A DNA stretch of 28,488 nucleotides from the IMG/VR virus record IMGVR_UViG_3300020475_000931, positions 1-28,488 of that record. One strand, written 5' to 3'. Under the pieces are notes generated by a model. The model was not told where the DNA came from, made no database searches, and worked only from the letters and a program-made list of their open reading frames with translations. Positions 1 through 6,040 of this stretch are shown one piece after another; position 1 is the first letter of the stretch; the number at the start of each line of letters is the position of its first letter. The DNA is from a virus (Duplodnaviria > Caudoviricetes). Both the position numbers and the translations under genes were made by a program.

Positions 1-608
1 CAATATTTGTACTTCTTATAGATGTCAACATAAGAAAACTTTGTTAAGTTTGAACCTAGTGTAGATATTTGATTTTTCCAATATGAAATACTATCAGGAA
101 ATTCCTTTTTTATCTTTCTCCACTCAAATCTTAACTTCGGATCATTATTATACTTTGCTCCATATTTAGCAGAAGCGTATGAATAACTTCTTCTTACAGG
201 ATCACGAAATATCATCAAAACCTTGACATTGAACTTCTCCTTGAGTTTTTCTGCTAAGAGAGAAATAAACCAACCCGGCAAAAAGGCATTGTCATTACTA
301 AAATCACCGACGTACAGAGTTTTGCCTACAATCGACTGATAGTAAGTAACGTAGTCGTCTAAAGTTGCTTTTTCTCCTAAAAGTAACTGTATATCATGTT
401 CTGAGTGTTTTTTATTTTCCAAAAGACTTTGAATCTTTGGTTTTTGTTTAGATGCCCAAAAATTATCGTCTGCAAAACATATATTAGTGAGTGTCTGTGG
501 TTCTTTACATAATCCAGTGTTCAAAATGCCTTGTTCTCTGAGAGTCATACACAATGGAGTCGTAGCAGACCATCCCGAACCGGCAAGCATAACAAACTTC
601 GGTTTCAT
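1..608 (-). CDS. Sulfotransferase-fold (P-loop) protein, 3' end outside window
   Basis: My translation from ATG at 608 is open to the window edge: MKPKFVMLAGSGWSATTPL...GLCKEPQ...YVGDFSN...KVLMIFRDPVRRSYS. This gives a 5'-PSB-like loop, the KEP motif and the RDPxxRxxS 3'-PB motif of sulfotransferases. It is absent from the ORF track because its stop lies outside the window. Confidence 0.8.
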   Translation of the reverse strand, partial: MKPKFVMLAGSGWSATTPLCMTLREQGILNTGLCKEPQTLTNICFADDNFWASKQKPKIQSLLENKKHSEHDIQLLLGEKATLDDYVTYYQSIVGKTLYVGDFSNDNAFLPGWFISLLAEKLKEKFNVKVLMIFRDPVRRSYSYASAKYGAKYNNDPKLRFEWRKIKKEFPDSISYWKNQISTLGSNLTKFSYVDIYKKYKY

Positions 609-636
609 ATAGATAATAGTACTATACTCAATATGT

Positions 637-1020
637 ATGCTTCTAAGCAAACCTTCAGAATATCTTTATGAAATGTTGGCGAGTAATTATAGTAAAGCGA
701 GAAAGATGTGGAAAACGAATATAAAGGAAGCATGGAAGTATAAGTGTGCATATTGTGGGGAAAAGGCAGATACGATAGATCATATACATCCTCAAGCACA
801 TGGTGGTCAATCAGACTTGACAAACATGATATGTTGCTGTGAGGACTGTAATAAAAATAAAGGGCACGAATCTGTAGAGATCTGGTACTTCCAACAAGAG
901 TTCTTTCAACAGGAGAGATGGGAAGCAATTGAACTATGGAAAGCAGAACTTGCACCTGCTCAACGGAAACGCTATATAAGAGGTAGGGGAGGAATTCCTA
1001 CAAAGTGTATAGTTTTATGA
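637..1020 (+). CDS. Free-standing HNH endonuclease (McrA-like, two CxxC zinc knuckles)
   Basis: CAYCG...DHIHPQAHGG...NMICCCEDCNKNKG is a canonical H-N-N beta-beta-alpha-Me motif with CxxC pairs. Confidence 0.9.
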   Translation: MLLSKPSEYLYEMLASNYSKARKMWKTNIKEAWKYKCAYCGEKADTIDHIHPQAHGGQSDLTNMICCCEDCNKNKGHESVEIWYFQQEFFQQERWEAIELWKAELAPAQRKRYIRGRGGIPTKCIVL

Positions 1021-1175
1021 GTTATTCTGTATACCTCGACGAAAAACGAATTTACCATCACATTAGTGAGGAAGAGGCATTACGACGACAGGAAATGTTT
1101 CGTCAAATGATACATGCCGGTGTAAAGAGTTGTTATTCACCAGAACAGGTGACAATTAAGTACGATTCTATATAA
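1017..1175 (+). CDS. Small hypothetical protein, 52 aa (MSYSVYLDEKRIYHHISEEEALRRQEMFRQMIHAGVKSCYSPEQVTIKYDSI)
   Basis: ATGA overlap with the HNH stop, fills the gap to the next gene, and resembles the 2512..2703 protein. Confidence 0.7.
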   Translation: MSYSVYLDEKRIYHHISEEEALRRQEMFRQMIHAGVKSCYSPEQVTIKYDSI

Positions 1176-1176
1176 T
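1149..1176 (+). promoter_or_regulatory. Possible sigma70-type promoter (GTGACA-N16-TATAAT)
   Basis: Perfect -10 box at 1171-1176 and a 5/6 -35 box at 1149-1154, just upstream of the ATG at 1198. Confidence 0.4.
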
Positions 1177-1197
1177 AGAATTAGATACAATATTTTA

Positions 1198-1404
1198 ATG
1201 ACATTTTCAGCAATTTCTTATTTCATGGCGAACCCACAGGTTTACATGTTGGAAGGTACATGGACAGAGCAGGTTACAACCGCATCTGGTTTGACAGAAT
1301 TGCAAATGATGGTTATAATGCATATGATAACCGTGCCACTCGTTTTAGTTGGGGCATACTACCTTATTTTTGGAAAAAATGGAAAAAGATCCACTATTAG
1401 ATGA
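1198..1404 (+). CDS. Small predicted single-pass membrane protein
   Basis: Hydrophobic stretch MMVIMHMITVPLVLVGAYYLIF followed by a basic tail GKNGKRSTIR. The start could be a downstream Met. Confidence 0.65.
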   Translation: MTFSAISYFMANPQVYMLEGTWTEQVTTASGLTELQMMVIMHMITVPLVLVGAYYLIFGKNGKRSTIR

Positions 1405-1498
1405 ATTGGCAGATGCGATAGCACAAGGTCCTGTTATTTTTACTCCTGACGATTCTTGGGAGGAAAAATTAGAAGAGGTCAAGGATGAAACTCGATAA
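1379..1498 (+). CDS. Small acidic hypothetical protein, 39 aa (MEKDPLLDELADAIAQGPVIFTPDDSWEEKLEEVKDETR)
   Basis: Open frame overlapping the previous stop, with protein-like acidic composition. It is below the ORF-track size cut-off. Confidence 0.55.
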   Translation: MEKDPLLDELADAIAQGPVIFTPDDSWEEKLEEVKDETR

Positions 1499-1595
1499 AA
1501 CTCCATTTACAATACAGCATATTAAGTCATGGAAACCAATTCGTTGGATCAAGACCCAATACAAGTCAATTATGACGAAGATTAGACATAGGTAA
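1485..1595 (+). CDS. Possible small basic protein, 36 aa (MKLDKTPFTIQHIKSWKPIRWIKTQYKSIMTKIRHR)
   Basis: Overlaps the previous stop, has GAGG upstream and fills the gap before the terminator. An alternative 18-aa ORF (1529..1585) exists in another frame. Confidence 0.35.
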   Translation: MKLDKTPFTIQHIKSWKPIRWIKTQYKSIMTKIRHR

Positions 1596-1653
1596 GATTT
1601 TATATAACTAACTCTGTGAGTTTTCGCCGAGGATTATAACTTAATATTTCTTT

Positions 1654-1678
1654 AAGGCGACAAAGGTCGCCTTTTTTT
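1654..1678 (+). terminator. Rho-independent terminator
   Basis: AAGGCGAC-AAAG-GTCGCCTT perfect 8-bp stem running into a T7 tract. Confidence 0.85.
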
Positions 1679-1687
1679 AATGGATTG

Positions 1688-1716
1688 TTGACGGAGTATA
1701 AATTACATTGTATAAT
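1688..1716 (+). promoter_or_regulatory. Host sigma70-type (early) promoter with an embedded late-like TATAAATT
   Basis: TTGACG(1688-1693)-N17-TATAAT(1711-1716), 22 nt before ATG 1739. TATAAATT lies at 1697-1704 within the spacer. Confidence 0.8.
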
Positions 1717-1738
1717 GAATTGACAAACAGTTTCTGTA

Positions 1739-2500
1739 ATGGCAAAAGGATTTAAGGTGGTGACTACTCCACCAAAAACGACAAACAAGGTTAGTGATGA
1801 GTTTTCGATAGAGGAAGCAAGAAAATTAATTAAAGGTAAAGCAATTGTATTCTGTCTTCCCGGTCGTGGAGTATCATACACATTTCTAAAGAACTTTGTG
1901 CAACTGTGTTTTGAATGTGTACAACAAGGTGCTACGATTCAAATATCACAAGACTACTCTTCAATGGTCAACTTTGCTCGATGTAAGGTATTAGGAGCAA
2001 ACGTACTCAAAGGTCCTGATCAGTTACCATGGCAAGGTAAACTCAACTATGATCTTCAATTATGGATTGATAGTGATATTGTATTCAATCTAGAAGCATT
2101 TTACAAACTTGTATGGATGAATAAAGATATCGCTGCAGGATGGTATTGTACAGAAGATGGTAAGACTACATCTGTTGCACATTGGTTAGAAGAGGACGAA
2201 TTTGAACAGAATGGTGGAGTCATGAATCATGAAATGGTTGATGGTATACAGAAAAGAAGAAAACCATTCACATGTGATTACACAGGGTTTGGATGGGTGA
2301 TGATCAAGAAAGGTGTGTTTGAGAACCCTGAAATGAAATACCCTTGGTTTGCACCACAGATGCAGGTATTTGATTCTGGTCAAGTACAAGATATGTGTGG
2401 TGAAGATGTTTCTTTCTGTCTTGAAGCAATCAAAGCAGGATTCGAGATCTGGTGTGACCCAACGATTAGAGTGGGTCACGAGAAGATGAGAATTATATAA
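1739..2500 (+). CDS. GT-A fold glycosyltransferase-like protein (conserved cyanomyovirus gene)
   Basis: VFCLPGR N-terminal strand, NFARCK, DxD motif (WIDSDIVF), YTGFGWVMIKKGVFE, GEDVSFC and the C-terminal CDPTIRVGHEK, all typical of GT2-like proteins. Confidence 0.8.
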   Translation: MAKGFKVVTTPPKTTNKVSDEFSIEEARKLIKGKAIVFCLPGRGVSYTFLKNFVQLCFECVQQGATIQISQDYSSMVNFARCKVLGANVLKGPDQLPWQGKLNYDLQLWIDSDIVFNLEAFYKLVWMNKDIAAGWYCTEDGKTTSVAHWLEEDEFEQNGGVMNHEMVDGIQKRRKPFTCDYTGFGWVMIKKGVFENPEMKYPWFAPQMQVFDSGQVQDMCGEDVSFCLEAIKAGFEIWCDPTIRVGHEKMRII

Positions 2501-2511
2501 GTAAAGTTGTA

Positions 2512-2703
2512 ATGTCAAATATACAACTAACAGAAATGGAAAGATACGATATATACTTACAGGGTGAGAAAGTCCGTTCTGACATTGATGAGGAAGAGAT
2601 GCTAGAGGTAACTCAAGAATTCGCAGAACAATTCTATCGTGACGGAACTCCACACCCTGACGATATAGAGGTCAAATACTTAGGTACAGATACAGAGGAC
2701 TAG
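2512..2703 (+). CDS. Small acidic conserved hypothetical protein
   Basis: ORF directly after the GT gene, ending in a terminator. The start may be Met at 2536. Confidence 0.75.
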   Translation: MSNIQLTEMERYDIYLQGEKVRSDIDEEEMLEVTQEFAEQFYRDGTPHPDDIEVKYLGTDTED

Positions 2704-2719
2704 ACGTCCTCTTTTTTTT
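2694..2719 (+). terminator. Rho-independent terminator
   Basis: AGAGGAC-TAGAC-GTCCTCT stem-loop with the stop codon in the loop, followed by a T tract. Confidence 0.8.
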
Positions 2720-2728
2720 GTGTATAAT
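2701..2728 (+). promoter_or_regulatory. Possible promoter overlapping the terminator (TAGACG-N16-TATAAT)
   Basis: Perfect TATAAT at 2723-2728, 20 nt upstream of ATG 2749. The -35 match is weak. Confidence 0.45.
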
Positions 2729-2748
2729 TAGTACAGAGATAGTTTATT

Positions 2749-3465
2749 ATGTCAACGTTGATCTGTAATTTACCTGCTGAACATGTGTGGGTGCGAAAGG
2801 AATATTTGAGAGATCATAAAGATGGTCATGGAGAGTTTGTAAAGGGTGTCTGGGTAACTGCTAAGTCAATGCCGGGTCGTGCTTTTTACTTTGAGACATA
2901 TCTGTATGAATATGCTGCATTGTTTGATAAACTTCCAATCAGTGCATTTGTATCTCAACCAAAGACTCCTAATCCAGATATGAGTCTACCTAATTTACAA
3001 TTCTGGAACTGTATGGATTATGGAGTCACAGCAATCACAAAATCGATCATCGGAAGTGCGGATTATGAAATTAATACCCGTGATCACGGAAGCATTAGAG
3101 GAGAATACATCTGTACACTGGACAACTACCACGACTCTGCAGATAGCATTGACTGCTCTACTTCTGAAACTCCTGCAGAGCACAAGTCACACAACCTCAT
3201 AGCATTGGAGAATGGTCAGTTCGCTCTGTACCCCAATAACAGGATGAGAATCTATGATAATAGTCTAACCCCAGTAGAAGTGAAAACACCGGACTTCAAG
3301 GTCTCTACAGACTACTATCAAGTCGAGCATGGATATGAAAGAGATGGATTGGGTGATCAAGATGATTATTTCTGGAAAACTGCAAAGGATAGAGAAGTCA
3401 TGGCAGACATAGATGAACAATATTACCACCATTTCACTGATCAGCATCAATCAGACGAAAGATAA
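2749..3465 (+). CDS. Conserved phage hypothetical protein (typical neighbour upstream of cyanophage gp25)
   Basis: 238-aa ORF with motifs VRKEYL, DKLPISAF, LQFWNC, EHKSH and NGQFALYPNNR, which I recognise from marine phage proteins of unknown function. Confidence 0.8.
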   Translation: MSTLICNLPAEHVWVRKEYLRDHKDGHGEFVKGVWVTAKSMPGRAFYFETYLYEYAALFDKLPISAFVSQPKTPNPDMSLPNLQFWNCMDYGVTAITKSIIGSADYEINTRDHGSIRGEYICTLDNYHDSADSIDCSTSETPAEHKSHNLIALENGQFALYPNNRMRIYDNSLTPVEVKTPDFKVSTDYYQVEHGYERDGLGDQDDYFWKTAKDREVMADIDEQYYHHFTDQHQSDER

Positions 3466-3479
3466 CTCGTAGAAACTGT

Positions 3480-3496
3480 CTAAATAGCACTAAATA
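3480..3496 (+). promoter_or_regulatory. Tandem T4-like late promoters (CTAAATA x2)
   Basis: CTAAATA at 3480-3486 and 3490-3496, just upstream of gp25. These match the gp55-type TATAAATA core. Confidence 0.7.
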
Positions 3497-3515
3497 CACG
3501 AGTATTCAATAAAAA

Positions 3516-3920
3516 GTGCCTCTCAGCAAAATATCAAGAGGTTTTAGGGATATTTCACTATCCTTCAAACGTCACCCTGTTACAAGGGATTTGCTTCCTT
3601 TGAAAAATGAGGATGCAATCAAACGTGCTGTGCAGAATCTTGTTAGGACAAAGATTGGTGAAGTATTTTTTAGAGATGACATTGGCACCCGTATCACAGG
3701 TGCATTATTTGAATTAGGGACCTCTGATTTCATTGATCCCATTTCTACAGAAATTGATACTGTTATAACAAACTTTGAACCTAGAGTAGATCTTACAGAT
3801 GTAAGTGTTAACCCTAGACCTGATGAGAATTCTCTAGATATTGAGATATCGTACAACATCGTTGGTTTGTCGTTACCACTACAAACAATAAACTTTATAT
3901 TAGAACCGACTAGACTATAA
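3516..3920 (+). CDS. gp25: Baseplate wedge subunit gp25
   Basis: FRDISLSFKRHPVT..., AIKRAVQNLVRT.IGE, FEPRV motifs. GTG start; first gene of the late baseplate operon. Confidence 0.93.
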   Translation: MPLSKISRGFRDISLSFKRHPVTRDLLPLKNEDAIKRAVQNLVRTKIGEVFFRDDIGTRITGALFELGTSDFIDPISTEIDTVITNFEPRVDLTDVSVNPRPDENSLDIEISYNIVGLSLPLQTINFILEPTRL

Positions 3921-6040
3921 TGGCCCTCAATCAATTCACAAATCTCAACTTTGAAGATATAAAAACTTCAATCAAAGATTATCTGAGACAAAACTCCAAT
4001 TTCTCAGATTTTGACTTTGAGGGATCTAACTTATCTGTCCTTATTAATACATTAGCATATAATACCTACATTACAGCATATAACACTAACATGGTTGCGA
4101 ATGAATCATTTATTGATTCAGCAACACTCAGAGAAAACGTTGTATCACTCGCTAGAAATATAGGATATGTTCCTAGATCTAAACGTGCTGCGGTATCAAC
4201 TATTTCTATTAACATTACAGGAATCTCAACAACAAATACATCAATTAGTATTGATGAAGGAGTTATTGCAAACTCTGGTTTGAATGGTATTAACTATACA
4301 TACTCTTTACCACAAAGAGTGACTGCTGCTTCTAACTTTGGACAATCTACTGGATTTCTTCAAATATATCAAGGTCAACTTTTAGAAAAACAATGGTCTG
4401 TAAACTTATCACAAGCGAATCAAAGATATATTTTACCTAACGATAGTATTGACACATCTACACTCAGAGTGTATATAAAAGAAGATGCATCAAGCACTAT
4501 TGAAACCGAGTTCAAGGAAATTAATAGTATAGTTGGCATTACTTCTACATCTAATACATTCTTGATACAGGAGACAAGTGATGAAAAGTATGAATTACTC
4601 TTTGGAGACGGTATATTTGGTAAGAAGTTAGAATCGAATAATGTAATTAGAGCAACTTACATCAAAACTGATGGTAAAGAGGGTAATGGTGCGTCATCCT
4701 TCAACTTTGTAGGTACAGTAAAAGATGAAAACGGTGCACTTATACCAACTGCTGTCGCAAGACTACGTGTTTTGACGCCTTCTGAGAATGGAGATGATAT
4801 AGAAAGTGTGCAAAGTATTAGAAATTACGCTCCTAGAAGATTTGCAGCACAGAATCGTGCGGTCACTGCTACGGATTATGAAGCATTACTTCCTTCAATA
4901 TACCCAAATATAGAATCAGTAAGTGCATATGGAGGAGAAGACCTCAATCCACCTCAATATGGTCGTGTCTTTATCGCAGCAAAACCAAGAAACGGTAATT
5001 TTTTAGCAGAATCTACAAAAACAAATTTATTGAAATCCCTCAAAAGTTACAGTGTAGCAGGGATTGTACCATCTTTCATAGACCTAAAATTCTTATATGT
5101 TGAATTGGATTCATACATTTATTATAATACTAACTTTGTTGGAGACTCTAATTCTCTTAGATCAAAGATAACTGATTCAGTAGAACAATATTCTAAGTCT
5201 GGTGAGTTGAATAAGTTTGGTGGTAGATTCAAATACTCTAAAATGACTTCGATTATTGATGGTGTTGACGATTCTATTACATCTAATATTACGAACGTAT
5301 TGATTAGAAGAAATCTAAAATCAATGATAAATGTCTTCACACAGTATGAATTATGTTTTGACAATCAATTTTATCATGAATTAGATTCTTACAATATCAA
5401 GAGTACAGGATTCAGTGTCTCAGGGGTCGATGGAACGGTCTACATTGCCGATAAAGTGGTTGAAGGATCAAATATAGGTAATCTGTTCCTATTCAAAATT
5501 ACAGACGACGTGGATGTCGAGATAGTGTCAACAAACTTTGGTACTGTTGATTATACGAAGGGTGAGGTGATTATCAACACAGTAAACATAACTTCCACAC
5601 TTTTACCAGAAAATATTATTGAGATACAGGCAGTGCCATTATCAAATGATGTTTTGGGAAGAAAGGAATTATTCTTACAACTCAGCACTGAAAAAAGTAA
5701 TTTTACAATGAGACAAGACTTGATCTCATCGGGAGCAAACGTATCAGGAACAAGATTTGATGTACAATCTAGTTACAGTAATGGAAACAAGGTAAGGGGT
5801 GCTATAGTAACAAGTTCATCAGGAGTTGGTAGATTAGTGGGATATGTCAATGGTCAACCTTATTACGGTGAATTCCATACTATGACAGATGGCACTAAAA
5901 TGACCGGTTCTTCTCACTCGGTAAATAGTGTACAGATTCGTGATAATCTCACGACAATTACACCTGTGAATACCTCTTCTACCACAACATCATCTTCGTC
6001 ATCAACAAGTTCATCGTCAAGCAGCAGTAGCGGATACTAA
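3920..6040 (+). CDS. gp6: Baseplate wedge subunit gp6 with C-terminal extension
   Basis: LNFEDIKTSIKDYL, DFDFEGSNLSVL, ESFIDSATLRENVVSLARNIGYVPRS, FGDGIFGKK, QNRAVTATDYE. TAATG coupling to gp25. Confidence 0.95.
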   Translation: MALNQFTNLNFEDIKTSIKDYLRQNSNFSDFDFEGSNLSVLINTLAYNTYITAYNTNMVANESFIDSATLRENVVSLARNIGYVPRSKRAAVSTISINITGISTTNTSISIDEGVIANSGLNGINYTYSLPQRVTAASNFGQSTGFLQIYQGQLLEKQWSVNLSQANQRYILPNDSIDTSTLRVYIKEDASSTIETEFKEINSIVGITSTSNTFLIQETSDEKYELLFGDGIFGKKLESNNVIRATYIKTDGKEGNGASSFNFVGTVKDENGALIPTAVARLRVLTPSENGDDIESVQSIRNYAPRRFAAQNRAVTATDYEALLPSIYPNIESVSAYGGEDLNPPQYGRVFIAAKPRNGNFLAESTKTNLLKSLKSYSVAGIVPSFIDLKFLYVELDSYIYYNTNFVGDSNSLRSKITDSVEQYSKSGELNKFGGRFKYSKMTSIIDGVDDSITSNITNVLIRRNLKSMINVFTQYELCFDNQFYHELDSYNIKSTGFSVSGVDGTVYIADKVVEGSNIGNLFLFKITDDVDVEIVSTNFGTVDYTKGEVIINTVNITSTLLPENIIEIQAVPLSNDVLGRKELFLQLSTEKSNFTMRQDLISSGANVSGTRFDVQSSYSNGNKVRGAIVTSSSGVGRLVGYVNGQPYYGEFHTMTDGTKMTGSSHSVNSVQIRDNLTTITPVNTSSTTTSSSSSTSSSSSSSSGY

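Noticed and set aside
605-955. 116-aa minus-strand ORF whose TGA overlaps the sulfotransferase ATG
   Set aside because: It lies antisense to a clear HNH gene and has no protein-like motifs. The ATGA overlap is probably coincidental.
1720-1725. Perfect TTGACA just upstream of the GT gene
   Set aside because: There is no -10 box at 16-18 nt spacing; that position falls on CAAAAG inside the CDS.
1600-1881. 93-aa minus-strand ORF
   Set aside because: It runs antisense across the GT start, its promoter and a terminator, with no recognisable features.
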